Source of the DNA: Candidatus Spyradenecus sp.
Lineage (GTDB): Bacteria; Verrucomicrobiota; Verrucomicrobiia; Opitutales; UBA953
Length of the DNA: 64,000 bases
Direction of reading: 5' to 3'
NCBI GenBank assembly: GCA_045535075.1
Contig: JAZSKX010000018.1
Location: forward strand, 128,001-192,000
Positions 17,144 through 26,691 of this stretch are shown here, one piece after another. Position 1 is the first letter of the stretch; every line of letters begins with the position of its first letter. The notes beneath the pieces were generated by a model, which saw nothing but the letters and a program-made list of their open reading frames with translations, searched no databases and was not told where the DNA came from. A program made the translations under genes and the position numbers.

Positions 17144-18337
17144 ATGTCATACAAAAGCTATCTTGAAACCGTAAACGCACGCCTCGCAGAAATCCGCGAA
17201 GCCGGGCTTTACAAGGAAGAACGCGTAATCGCCAGCCCGCAGGCGGCGCACATTCGCCTCGAAGACGGGCGCGAAGTCATCAATATGTGCGCAAATAATT
17301 ACCTCGGGCTCGCGGACAATCCGGACGTCATCAAAGCCGCCCACGAAGCGCTCGACAAATACGGATTCGGTTGCGCCTCCGTCCGCTTCATTTGCGGAAC
17401 GCAAACGATTCACAAACAACTCGAAGCCGCGATTTCGAAATTCCTCAAAACCGAAGACACGATTCTTTACGGCGCGTGCTTCGACGCAAACGGCGGGCTT
17501 TTCGAATGCCTCCTCAAAGAAGGCGACGCGATTATTTCCGACGAACTCAACCACGCTTCGATTATCGACGGCGTGCGCCTCTGCAAAGCGATGCGTTTCC
17601 GCTACAAAAATAACGATATGGCGGACCTCGAAGCCAAGCTTCAGGAAGCGCGCGCGGCGGGTGCGAAAAACATCATGATCTTCACGGACGGCTCGTTCTC
17701 GATGGACGGCGTTATCGCCAATCTCAAGGGAATCTGCGACCTCGCCGACAAATACGACGCGCTCGTCGGTTTTGACGAATGCCACTCCACAGGCTGCCTC
17801 GGTGCAACCGGACGCGGAACGCACGAGCACTGCGATGTCATGGATCGCGTGGACGTTATCACGGGAACGCTCGGCAAGGGCATTTCCGGCGGTTCCGGCG
17901 GTTTTACTTCGGGTAAAAAGGAAATCATCGATTTGCTCCGCCAGCAGTCCCGCCCGTATCTGTTCTCCAACTCGATTGCTCCGGCGATTGTCGGCGGCGC
18001 GCTCAAGGCGCTCGAACTGCTCGAAAACGATCCGTCGTTTGTCCAACGCATTCAGGAAAACACGAAGTTCTGGCGCGAAGGTTTGACGAAGGCAGGCTTC
18101 AATGTCGTTCCCGGCACGCACCCGGTCGTTCCCGTTATGCTCGGTGATGCACGTTTGGCGCAGGAATATTCTCGCCGCTTGCTCGAAAAAGGCATTTACG
18201 CAATCGGCTTCTTCTATCCGGTTGTTCCGAAAGGCAAGGCGCGTATCCGCACGCAAATTACGGCGGGCCACACGCGCGCGGATTTGGAAAAAGCGCTTGC
18301 GGCGTTTATCGAAGTCAAAAACGAACTCGGCGCATAA
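17144..18337 (+). CDS. kbl: Glycine C-acetyltransferase (2-amino-3-ketobutyrate CoA ligase)
   Basis: [53 protein letters not shown]. Confidence 0.95.
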   Translation: MSYKSYLETVNARLAEIREAGLYKEERVIASPQAAHIRLEDGREVINMCANNYLGLADNPDVIKAAHEALDKYGFGCASVRFICGTQTIHKQLEAAISKFLKTEDTILYGACFDANGGLFECLLKEGDAIISDELNHASIIDGVRLCKAMRFRYKNNDMADLEAKLQEARAAGAKNIMIFTDGSFSMDGVIANLKGICDLADKYDALVGFDECHSTGCLGATGRGTHEHCDVMDRVDVITGTLGKGISGGSGGFTSGKKEIIDLLRQQSRPYLFSNSIAPAIVGGALKALELLENDPSFVQRIQENTKFWREGLTKAGFNVVPGTHPVVPVMLGDARLAQEYSRRLLEKGIYAIGFFYPVVPKGKARIRTQITAGHTRADLEKALAAFIEVKNELGA

Positions 18338-18400
18338 GAAGAGAGCTTAACGATTAGAGAAAATGCGGGAACGCTTTTGATTCCCGTTCTAATCACAGAT

Positions 18401-18439
18401 AAAAAATATTCCCGTAATTTTTTGCGGGAATATTTTTTT
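18401..18439 (+). terminator. Terminator after kbl (motif variant ATTCCCG/CGGGAAT stem)
   Basis: aaaaaatattcccgtaa-tttt-ttgcgggaatattttttt. Confidence 0.75.
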
Positions 18440-18481
18440 AGACAAAAAGAAAAAAGGCGCACGCTTATTTCGTACAAGACA

Positions 18482-18982
18482 ATGTCCGAAGAAACTACCG
18501 CTCAAATGGATTGGCAAACTTGGCTCAAGGCCAACGGTCGCCGCCTTTTGTTATGCGCTCAGCAGTGGACAAACTCCCTTGCCGACGCCGAAGACGTGTT
18601 GCAGGAGGCTTTTGTTCGCTATTGGAAGCACCAACGCCATTTGGGAGGAAGCCCGGAAGCACTCATTATCACTTCGATTCGTCGAGCCGCGATCGACCAA
18701 GGGCGTTCCCGCAGTCGTCGCGTTCATCGGGAAACGCAAGCCTATGAAATGGGCGAACGTTCAACGATGTTCGAATTCGGCCCCGACGAAGAAACGCAAG
18801 CCCTCGAAACGGCACTACAAAAATTGCCGCCGGAGCAACGCGAAGTCGTAGTAATGAAAATCTGGGGCGGACTCAAATTCGAAGAAATCGCCAATGAGTT
18901 AAACATCTCGCAAAACACAGCCGCCTCGCGTTATCGCTATGCGCTCGAAGGATTGCGAAAGTACATAAAAAAACAACCATGA
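18482..18982 (+). CDS. ECF (sigma-70 group 4) RNA polymerase sigma factor
   Basis: DAEDVLQEAFVRYW (region 2); LPPEQREVVVMKIWGGLKFEEIANELNISQNTAASRYRYAL (region 4). Confidence 0.92.
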   Translation: MSEETTAQMDWQTWLKANGRRLLLCAQQWTNSLADAEDVLQEAFVRYWKHQRHLGGSPEALIITSIRRAAIDQGRSRSRRVHRETQAYEMGERSTMFEFGPDEETQALETALQKLPPEQREVVVMKIWGGLKFEEIANELNISQNTAASRYRYALEGLRKYIKKQP

Positions 18983-19578
18983 CGGAACGAGAAATCGAAG
19001 CATTTGAAAAACAACTGAAAGCTGTGCCTCTGACGCCGCTTTCAGATGCGTTTTATGCTCGCGTGGCAAAACAACTTGAGGAACCCTCCGAGGAGGCGAA
19101 GCAGACGGTTGGCACGAACTTCGACGACCTCGCGGATGTCGAAGCCGCCTTGCGTCGTCTCCGACCGCGCGCTCCGAGCGATGCATTCTTCAAAAAAATC
19201 GAAGCCGCACTGCAAACACCTTCCGACAGTGAAATCGCGTTCCCGCAAAAAACACGCGGTCGACTCATTCGCTTTCCGCGATGGCTCTCCGTTGCGGCAA
19301 CCGCCGCCTGTGCCGTGTGCGCCATAGCCGTCGGCTCACATTTCATCCGCAACGGACTCAGCATTCCCTCCCCCCATTACGAATTAGTCAGCACCGAAAA
19401 ACAACTGTGCAACGTTGAAGAACTTCCGCTTGAAACACAGGACGACGGAACCTTGGTGCGCCCGATTCGTTATATCTACGCCAACACGAAGCGTTGGCGC
19501 GATCCGCGAACGGAAAACAGCTTTATCGAATATTGTCCCTTTGAGGAAACCGTCCCGACAGTCGTCGCCGTTTATTAA
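18979..19578 (+). CDS. Putative single-pass anti-sigma factor
   Basis: Overlaps the sigma stop (ATGA); cytoplasmic N-terminus, TM segment WLSVAATAACAVCAIAVG, extracytoplasmic C-terminus. Confidence 0.7.
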   Translation: MTEREIEAFEKQLKAVPLTPLSDAFYARVAKQLEEPSEEAKQTVGTNFDDLADVEAALRRLRPRAPSDAFFKKIEAALQTPSDSEIAFPQKTRGRLIRFPRWLSVAATAACAVCAIAVGSHFIRNGLSIPSPHYELVSTEKQLCNVEELPLETQDDGTLVRPIRYIYANTKRWRDPRTENSFIEYCPFEETVPTVVAVY

Positions 19579-19609
19579 GCAACCAAACACAGCAGAAAGG
19601 ATTCTTCGA

Positions 19610-20584
19610 ATGCGTATTTCAGAAAAATTTAAACTGATTGCCCCGTTATTGCTTTCGACAGGCATCATCCCCGCCCTTGCAGACACTCCGTCTGCGACCG
19701 AAGCCCAGCCCGCCCCGGTAAAAGTAAACGCCGCTCCGGCAGAAATTTGCAAACGCTCATTGCCCATGCTCGGCATCGCGTTCGGAAACAACGTCGATCC
19801 GAAACAGCGGGGAGATTCAAAGTTCGGGCTTCCCATTATTTACGTAAAAAAAGATTCTCCCGCAGAGAAAGCCGGCGTTCAGGTCGGCGACCTACTACTC
19901 ATGCTCGATGGGCAGAAACTCTTTTTCCCGAGCCAATTTGCGGCGCTTTTGCGAACTTACGAACCGGGAGACGAAGTTGAGATCCGATTTCTGCGAGGTA
20001 AAGAAGCATTTGACTCCAAAGTTAAACTCGATGTTCGCGACGGACACGCAATTTCCCGCTCCGCAGGGAAAGGCACCATCGCTCCCGCGACAAATGATCG
20101 CGATGATATTCGAATCGTAATCAACGGACGCGAAATTTCGCTTTCCCGCAACACCGATCTGAAAAACCGGGTGGCACTGACTTCCGACGGTATCATTATT
20201 CGCACTCAAACCGAAAACAACGAGCCGGACGATCTTCAGCGCATCGTGGAACGCTTCCGCAAAGCGATAAACCTTCCGCAACGTATTGAACGCCGCTTTT
20301 ACACCCGGGCAACCGGAACTCCGTTCATCATGACATCTTCCCGCGTATTTTCCGACAGCGAAAACACCATCGTATTCATGAGAGAAAACAACAAACGCGA
20401 GGTAACGGTACGCACGCGTACAAACGGTGAAATTTTCAGCGGTCCCTGCGCGACACAGGAAGAGATCGACGCCATTCCGGAGGATGTCATGAAAATCATT
20501 CGTAAAATGACGGTCTTACGCCCGCTTTCGGATACGGAAAAACAAGCCTCCGAAGAAAAAAACACAGACTCAGACAAAAAATAA
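19610..20584 (+). CDS. Secreted PDZ-domain protein
   Basis: Signal peptide; LGIAF...V..DSPAEKAGVQVGDLLLMLDG PDZ motif; no trypsin domain visible. Confidence 0.8.
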   Translation: MRISEKFKLIAPLLLSTGIIPALADTPSATEAQPAPVKVNAAPAEICKRSLPMLGIAFGNNVDPKQRGDSKFGLPIIYVKKDSPAEKAGVQVGDLLLMLDGQKLFFPSQFAALLRTYEPGDEVEIRFLRGKEAFDSKVKLDVRDGHAISRSAGKGTIAPATNDRDDIRIVINGREISLSRNTDLKNRVALTSDGIIIRTQTENNEPDDLQRIVERFRKAINLPQRIERRFYTRATGTPFIMTSSRVFSDSENTIVFMRENNKREVTVRTRTNGEIFSGPCATQEEIDAIPEDVMKIIRKMTVLRPLSDTEKQASEEKNTDSDKK

Positions 20585-20644
20585 TACGGCGAACGCTTTA
20601 ATTATGTTTTTGGGTTAGATAGAGAAGTTAGAGTTAGTAGAAAT

Positions 20645-20687
20645 AAAAAGCGGGCGGTTCCGAAAGGTGCCGCCCGCCCTCTTTTTT
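20645..20687. terminator. Bidirectional terminator
   Basis: aaaaagcgggcgg...ccgcccgc..cttttt between convergent genes. Confidence 0.7.
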
Positions 20688-20696
20688 CCAAACGGA

Positions 20697-21458
20697 TTAA
20701 AGCCGCGCGGGAACGCCTGCGGCAAGCATCGCCTCTTTCGCTTCACGAATCGAATACGTCCCGAAATGGAAAATCGACGCTGCAAGCACCGCACTCGCCT
20801 TCCCGATTTTTACGGCATCGACCATATGCCGGAGATTCCCCGCTCCGCCGGAAGCAATGACGGGAACGCCCACGGATTCGCTCACGCGCCGCGTCAATTC
20901 CAAATCATAGCCGGCTTTTACCCCGTCGCAATCCATGCTCGTAAGCAAAATTTCTCCGGCTCCCAACGAAACAACTTTTTTCGCCCAATCAACGACATCC
21001 ATTCCGCAAGGCGTTCGTCCCCCATGCGAATAGACCTGCCAAGTATCCGTTCCCGGATTACGGCGTGCGTCAATCGCAACCACAATGCATTGATTCCCGA
21101 AGCGCTTTGCAGAATCCGAAACAAGACTCGGATCGGCAATCGCCGCCGTATTCAACGAAACTTTGTCTGCCCCGGAATTGAGCATCGCCCGAATATCTTC
21201 AACCGTGCGCAAACCGCCGCCGACCGTAAGCGGCATAAAAACCTGATCCGCAGTGCGCTCGACAACGTCGCGCATGATATTACGCCCATCGGATGAAGCC
21301 GTGATATCAAGAAAAACAAGTTCGTCCGCGCCCTGCTTTTCATAAGCGCGCGCACAATCGACGGGATCGCCCGCATCACGGAGCGATTCAAACTGAACGC
21401 CTTTGACAACGCGCCCGGCTTTAACATCAAGACAGGGAATAATTCGAACGGAAAGCAT
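20697..21458 (-). CDS. hisF: Imidazole glycerol phosphate synthase subunit HisF
   Basis: [47 protein letters not shown]. Confidence 0.97.
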   Translation of the reverse strand: MLSVRIIPCLDVKAGRVVKGVQFESLRDAGDPVDCARAYEKQGADELVFLDITASSDGRNIMRDVVERTADQVFMPLTVGGGLRTVEDIRAMLNSGADKVSLNTAAIADPSLVSDSAKRFGNQCIVVAIDARRNPGTDTWQVYSHGGRTPCGMDVVDWAKKVVSLGAGEILLTSMDCDGVKAGYDLELTRRVSESVGVPVIASGGAGNLRHMVDAVKIGKASAVLAASIFHFGTYSIREAKEAMLAAGVPARL

Positions 21459-21546
21459 CTCGGTAATTCGGAAAAAATTTCCGCAATAATGCCTTATCCG
21501 CGTTCCCGCGAAAAGGTTTATTTCCTGCGGAAAGGAGCAAAATCGC

Positions 21547-22578
21547 TTACCGGCGCGAAACCAATTTAACGCCGCTCGCCGACTTAATCTTTGACGACAC
21601 CAGCGGGAACGCCGGATCAAGCTGGTCTTTGTCGCCCCCCAGTTTTACGGTAATTTCTCCGCCCGGAGCAATCACCGTCGCATTCCCGAAAACAAAACTC
21701 GCGCCGCCGTTCCCGCGCAACGAGGCTCCGTCGAGCAAAATCGCCGTATCATGCGGATTTTTTAAGACGACGGACATTTTATCTTTCGCGGGAACGAGCT
21801 TTGCCTGCGGATTTTTAATCTTAACGCCCGGAATCTTTGCCTTCGCCAACTCGGCAAAAGTGAATTCCGCGATGCGGCGCGCTCCCGCAGCATTCGGATG
21901 CAACCCGTCCGGCAAATACATTTCCGGATGGTTCGCCAGCGGAGAATACGCATCCATCGGAAACGCCTTTGCCTTTTTGGCAATTTTTTCAAGCAACTTT
22001 TGAGCTTCCGGACGATTTTTCGATGAGCCGTTATCGCGCGCCGGGAACGAAAATTCCGGCTTAAAAACATTACCCGGGAAAGTCGCCTTTCCATCCGGAC
22101 CGCGAAAATCCGGTGCGAGCTTTGTCCACATAAACAGAGAAACGTTTTTTCGGTTTCCGCGCCAATCGGCAATCAGGCGTTCATAGCCTTCCGTGAAAAG
22201 CTTGGGATTCCACCACGCTCCCGTGTCATTAATCCCGAGATTGCAAATGTAAATATCCGCTTCCCAATCCGTCGCGTTTTTGTGTTGCGGCTGGTCGCCG
22301 AGCCAACGCTTGCGCGGTTTCTCGCTCGGATAATCCCCGCAGGTCTTTCCGGAGTTCCCGAAATTGCGCACTTCAAAATCATCTCCGAGCAAATCGCCCA
22401 AGACTTTCGGATAATTAAACGTTTCGCGTTGCGGGATCAAATACCCGAAAGTGATGGAATCGCCAATGCAGGCAACTTTAGTCGGCTCGGCATAAAGTGC
22501 GGAAGCCGTTCCCGCAACAAAAGCGAGCGCGGGAAGAATTTTTCGGAGAAAACAGGCAAACGGATTAGCGATTTTCAT
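21547..22578 (-). CDS. Secreted SGNH/GDSL hydrolase (carbohydrate esterase-like)
   Basis: Signal peptide; IGDSIT, NFGNSG, LGIND, DGLHPN blocks. Confidence 0.88.
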   Translation of the reverse strand: MKIANPFACFLRKILPALAFVAGTASALYAEPTKVACIGDSITFGYLIPQRETFNYPKVLGDLLGDDFEVRNFGNSGKTCGDYPSEKPRKRWLGDQPQHKNATDWEADIYICNLGINDTGAWWNPKLFTEGYERLIADWRGNRKNVSLFMWTKLAPDFRGPDGKATFPGNVFKPEFSFPARDNGSSKNRPEAQKLLEKIAKKAKAFPMDAYSPLANHPEMYLPDGLHPNAAGARRIAEFTFAELAKAKIPGVKIKNPQAKLVPAKDKMSVVLKNPHDTAILLDGASLRGNGGASFVFGNATVIAPGGEITVKLGGDKDQLDPAFPLVSSKIKSASGVKLVSRR

Positions 22579-22642
22579 AGTTCCCGCGAGTTTGTCAGCT
22601 TCGAACGGATAAAATCAAGGGAAAAGGCGTTCCTGCGGGCGC

Positions 22643-22677
22643 AAAAAAAATCCCGCTCGTTGCCAAGCGGGATTTTT
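22643..22677 (-). terminator. Terminator after rpsU and the small basic protein gene
   Basis: aaaaaaaatcccgct...agcgggattttt hairpin with U-run on the minus strand. Confidence 0.75.
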
Positions 22678-22689
22678 CGGGAAAGCCGA

Positions 22690-22848
22690 TTAAGCTTCCG
22701 GACGCGTTTTCGGGAGTCCGGTCAGACGCGTGCGTTTGTCGGACCATTGTCCGCGCTTCTTGAGCAAATCAATGCGTTCGAAGCGTTTCAGAACGGTGCG
22801 GCTCGTGGAACCGGCGGCGGCGCTTTTAAAGCTGGCGTGTTGCGACAT
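22690..22848 (-). CDS. PVC-superphylum signature small basic protein (52 aa; not in ORF track)
   Basis: Translated by hand: MSQHASFKSAAAGSTSRTVLKRFERIDLLKKRGQWSDKRTRLTGLPKTRPEA. VLKRFERI...GxW...GLPK matches the Chlamydiae/Verrucomicrobia/Planctomycetes small basic protein; AGGAG RBS upstream. Confidence 0.88.
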   Translation of the reverse strand: MSQHASFKSAAAGSTSRTVLKRFERIDLLKKRGQWSDKRTRLTGLPKTRPEA

Positions 22849-22881
22849 GTTACTATCTCTCCTTCCTGAATTTAAGTTGGA

Positions 22882-23082
22882 TTACATGTTTTCGTAGCGC
22901 TGGCGAAGCATATTGCTGAACGCCTGAGCTTTTTTCTTACGACGGCGTTCTTCGCACGGTTTTTCGAAGTAGCGCTTAGCACGAACGTCGCGAATAATGT
23001 TTTCGCGGTCGAGCTTCTTCTTCATGCGGCGAAGCGCTTTGTCCATGCTTTCACCTTTACGAATCTTGATTTCTACGGGCAT
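22882..23082 (-). CDS. rpsU: 30S ribosomal protein S21
   Basis: GESMDKALRRMKKK, YFEKP motifs. Confidence 0.95.
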   Translation of the reverse strand: MPVEIKIRKGESMDKALRRMKKKLDRENIIRDVRAKRYFEKPCEERRRKKKAQAFSNMLRQRYENM

Positions 23083-23277
23083 TGGATTGATGTGTTTGTT
23101 TTAAAATTTATTGAAATTGGAAAATGTAAGATGTGAGCATGGATTTTTCATTCTCCCGCGTCAAACATTTTTTATCCTCAAAAATATTTTTCCGAAAAAA
23201 GAGCTTGCAAAACCCGCACAATGTCGAGATAGTTGAGCTTCATTTTTCAAAAACAACCTTTTAAAGAGAAAACTATC

Positions 23278-23508
23278 ATGTCACGAGTTTGCGCAATCAC
23301 AGGAAAACGTCCGACGAAGGGACGCAGCATCGTTCACAAAGGTCAAAGCAAGAAGAGCGGCGGGATCGGTCTCCAACTCGTCAAGCAAACGAAACGCACG
23401 TTTAAGCCGAATCTTCAACGCATCCGCGTAAAGCTTCCGAACGGTAGCATCAAGCGCCTCTGGGTTTCCGTTAAGGCCCTCAAAGCCGGACTCGTCGAAA
23501 AAGCGTAA
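23278..23508 (+). CDS. rpmB: 50S ribosomal protein L28
   Basis: MSRVCAITGKRP...TKRTFKPNLQ...RLWVSVKALK. Confidence 0.95.
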   Translation: MSRVCAITGKRPTKGRSIVHKGQSKKSGGIGLQLVKQTKRTFKPNLQRIRVKLPNGSIKRLWVSVKALKAGLVEKA

Positions 23509-23610
23509 TACGCCTTTTCCACGTCTTCCTTTCCGAAAGAATCCGTCGACGCAAAAGGTCGGCGGATTTTTTCTTTTCCCGTTCCCGCGAAAACACTAAA
23601 TTCCTTTACG

Positions 23611-24090
23611 ATGAACAAAGTCCTCAAACTGATTCTTGAAGGCGAGCAGCTTTCGACTGAGCAAATGGCTCGCATCCTCGAACTCACGCCCGCCGAAGTC
23701 GAAGCCCAAATCGCCCATCTTAAGGACGAAAAAATTTTGCTCGGATGGCGTCCGGTGCTCAATCCCGCATTTGACGAAGAAACGCGCGTTCGCGCCGTTA
23801 TCGAACTGAAGGTTTCTCCGGATGTGAGCGGCGGGTTCGACCGCGTCGCCGAGCGCATCAGCCAGTTTGACCAGGTGGAAAGTTGCTACCTGATGTCGGG
23901 CGCCTACGACCTGCTCGTCATCGTAAATGCGGATAATCTTTACAAGGTCGCCAACTTCGTCCACAACCGGCTCGCGCGCATCGCCGGCGTTTTGTCGACG
24001 GGAACGCACTTCATGCTCCGCGCGTATAAAGAATCCGGATACACAATTGCCGCACCGGAAAAACCGGAGCGCCTTGCCGTTTCACAATAG
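23611..24090 (+). CDS. Lrp/AsnC family transcriptional regulator
   Basis: N-terminal HTH; ESCYLMSGAYDLLVIV RAM domain; precedes an aminotransferase. Confidence 0.88.
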   Translation: MNKVLKLILEGEQLSTEQMARILELTPAEVEAQIAHLKDEKILLGWRPVLNPAFDEETRVRAVIELKVSPDVSGGFDRVAERISQFDQVESCYLMSGAYDLLVIVNADNLYKVANFVHNRLARIAGVLSTGTHFMLRAYKESGYTIAAPEKPERLAVSQ

Positions 24091-24202
24091 TGAACAATGA
24101 ACAGTGAATAAGGCAATGCGAGGGATTTTGCCAAGCAAAATCTTTGAAGAGATAATTATTCACTAAAAAACTTTCCCCCATTCGTTTTATACTTTTTCAA
24201 AA

Positions 24203-25366
24203 ATGAGAGATTTTCTTGCTTCTCACGTGCGCACGATGCCGAAATCCGGCATTCGAGATTTTTTCGCGATCGTTTCACAAATGAAAGACGCGGTTTCGCT
24301 CGGGATCGGCGAACCGGATTTCGTTACGCCGTTTCATATTCGCGATGCCGCTATTTCCGCGCTTGAACGCGGGCACACCAGCTACACGGACAACCGCGGC
24401 CTGATTGCGTTGCGCAAAGAAATTTCCAAATACGTCGCCGCCAATTACGGTCCGGAATACAATCCGGAAACGGAAATTATCACGACGGTCGGCGTTTCCG
24501 AAGCACTCGATGCCGTGTTGCGCGCAATTCTTAATCCGGGCGACAAAGTCATCTACCACGAGCCGTGCTACGTTTCGTATTGCCCGTCGATTAAACTTTG
24601 CCACGCGGAAGCCATCGCCGTGGAAACAAAGGCGGAAGACAAATTCGCCATCACAATCGAAGCCCTTCGCAAAGCCTGGCAACCCGGAGTAAAGGCTCTT
24701 TTGATTAATTTTCCGACGAATCCGACCGGCGGCACCGCGTCGCGGGAACTGCTCGAACAAATCGCCGAGTTCGCCATCGAAAAAGACATGCTCGTCATTT
24801 CCGACGAAATTTATTCCGAGCTGACTTTCGACGGCAACCACACGTCCATCGCCTCGATTCCGGGAATGCGGGAACGCACCGTTTTCCTGCACGGTTTTTC
24901 CAAAGCTTACGCGATGACGGGCTTCCGCGTCGGTTACGCTTGCGGTCCCGCCGACATTATCGACGGTATTTTGAAAATTCACCAATACGGCATTCTCTGT
25001 GCTCCGATTGTTTCGCAGGAAGCGGCAATTGAAGCTCTGCGCAACGGGAAAAAATCCATGCTCGAAATGCGCGAAAAATATCGGGAACGCCGCGACTTTA
25101 TCGTGCGCCGCTTCAACGAACTCGGGCTCAAATGCCACTCGCCGCGCGGCTCGTTTTACGCGTTCCCGGACATTTCTTCGACAGGGCTGAGCTCGATGGA
25201 ATTTGCCAAAGGCTTGCTCAACGCCGAGCGCGTCGCCATGGTGCCGGGAACGGCTTTCGGCGCCTGCGGCGAAGGTTTTTGCCGAGCGAGTTTCTCGACA
25301 TCCTACGCGAACATCGACGAAGCCTGTATGCGCATCGATCGCTATTTAAAAAGCTTAAAAGCGTAG
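24203..25366 (+). CDS. Class I/II PLP-dependent aminotransferase
   Basis: SLGIGEPDF, NFPTNPTG, SDEIY, GFSKAYAMTGFRVGY. Confidence 0.92.
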   Translation: MRDFLASHVRTMPKSGIRDFFAIVSQMKDAVSLGIGEPDFVTPFHIRDAAISALERGHTSYTDNRGLIALRKEISKYVAANYGPEYNPETEIITTVGVSEALDAVLRAILNPGDKVIYHEPCYVSYCPSIKLCHAEAIAVETKAEDKFAITIEALRKAWQPGVKALLINFPTNPTGGTASRELLEQIAEFAIEKDMLVISDEIYSELTFDGNHTSIASIPGMRERTVFLHGFSKAYAMTGFRVGYACGPADIIDGILKIHQYGILCAPIVSQEAAIEALRNGKKSMLEMREKYRERRDFIVRRFNELGLKCHSPRGSFYAFPDISSTGLSSMEFAKGLLNAERVAMVPGTAFGACGEGFCRASFSTSYANIDEACMRIDRYLKSLKA

Positions 25367-25380
25367 CGTTTTTCAGATTA

Positions 25381-25422
25381 AAAAAAGGCGTTCCCGTGAT
25401 TATTTCGCGGGAACGCCTTTTT
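25381..25422. terminator. Bidirectional terminator built from an inverted motif pair
   Basis: aaaaaaggcgttcccgtga-ttatt-tcgcgggaacgccttttt. Confidence 0.85.
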
Positions 25423-25512
25423 ACGAATTTTGAACTTCGGGTTCAGAATTTAATTATAAAACTTCTACAGAAAACGCTGAAAAATACAGAAGCTTTTTAC
25501 TTTCTAAAAAAC

Positions 25513-25716
25513 TTAGCGGCGGCGACGCGTGCCGACAAGCGCCAAGGCGCCCAAGCCCGCGAGCAAGCCGAACGTCGACGGCTCGGGAATATAACTGAGC
25601 GTAACAACGCCGCCCTGATAATCAGCAATTTCCCAATTTTTCCAGTCATCTGACAAAATAAAACTCTCCTTTGTCAGCGTCGAGGTAACGGTTGTTTCGT
25701 CAAAAATTTTATACAA
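25513..25716 (-). pseudogene. 3' remnant of a PEP-CTERM protein gene
   Basis: ...VTLSYIPEPSTFGLLAGLGALALVGTRRRR*; no signal peptide or RBS; begins inside the upstream terminator T-run. Confidence 0.7.
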
Positions 25717-25751
25717 AAAAACGTTCCCGCGACTTTCGCCACGGGAACGCT
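25715..25751 (-). terminator. Terminator of the PEP-CTERM gene, built from an inverted motif pair
   Basis: aaaaaaacgttcccgcga...cacgggaacg. Confidence 0.8.
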
Positions 25752-25782
25752 AACACATGAATTAATATATCACTAAAAAAAC

Positions 25783-26475
25783 TTAGCGACGGCGGCGACG
25801 CGCACCGACAAGTGCCAACGCGCCCAAGCCCGCGAGCAAGCCGAACGTCGACGGTTCGGGAATGGCAGCAGTAATACCGTTTGCCGCGAAAGAACCAAGT
25901 TCCTTGATTGTTGTAATATGACTACCGAGTTCGATGTCATTCGCATCAAGCACAAGACCGTTAGCCTGAATAACAGATGTCGTTCCGTTAGTCATATCAA
26001 GCGTAATTGTGCTATTTGTTCCGTCGCAAAGAACAGTGATTCCCATTCCCTCAATTCCGGGAGAAGCATTTCCTCCGGTGGAATTCTTAGAAACCCAAGA
26101 ATCAAGCTTTACTCCATCGGAGGTTGTCCAAGTGAAAACGGTCCCCTCGGTCGATGTAGGAGCAACCCAGCTACGATCATTCGCCGCTGTGTTGTCCATA
26201 GCAACGTAATCTCCCGCTTGCGAGAAAACACCCCAGTCTGTAGCACTGCCTGCGCCGTCCTTGGAAAGAATCAGCACCCAGTCAGAGGTATATCCGTCCA
26301 TATCATCTGTCCCAACGGTAAGATTTAGCGTAAAAGCATCCCCGAACTGATAGTTGGTCGTCAACAGCGCTTCCGCAAGAGCGTCATTAACAGCTTTATT
26401 GGAAAGGTCCGCTTCCGCATTTGCAAGCGCGCTTCCGGCAGCAAGCAATGCCGCGAGTGCAATGTATTTTTTCAT
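25783..26475 (-). CDS. PEP-CTERM sorting domain surface protein
   Basis: Signal peptide MKKYIALAALLAAGSALANA; C-terminal IPEPSTFGLLAGLGALALVGARRRRR. Confidence 0.92.
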   Translation of the reverse strand: MKKYIALAALLAAGSALANAEADLSNKAVNDALAEALLTTNYQFGDAFTLNLTVGTDDMDGYTSDWVLILSKDGAGSATDWGVFSQAGDYVAMDNTAANDRSWVAPTSTEGTVFTWTTSDGVKLDSWVSKNSTGGNASPGIEGMGITVLCDGTNSTITLDMTNGTTSVIQANGLVLDANDIELGSHITTIKELGSFAANGITAAIPEPSTFGLLAGLGALALVGARRRRR

Positions 26476-26510
26476 AATATTTTAGAGTTTCGTGTTAAAA
26501 ATGAGGCTTC

Positions 26511-26539
26511 ATTTTACCCCCCCCCTTAAAAGTCGTCAA
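26511..26539 (-). promoter_or_regulatory. Sigma70-type promoter with a G9 homopolymer in the spacer (candidate phase-variable promoter)
   Basis: Minus strand TTGACG-acttttaaGGGGGGGGG(17 bp)-TAAAAT, about 35 bp upstream of the ATG at 26475. Confidence 0.75.
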
Positions 26540-26691
26540 GTTTTATTTTGAAAGCTTTTAGGCGGTGTTTCGTGCGTATACGGCCGCGAGGAAATTGCGA
26601 TGTCGATTTTCGGGAAGAAGGGCTGCGATGCACGAATAGTTTTGCGGCGCGGGAACAAAAAAATTGTAATGTTTTTCTAATTCTTTTTCTC

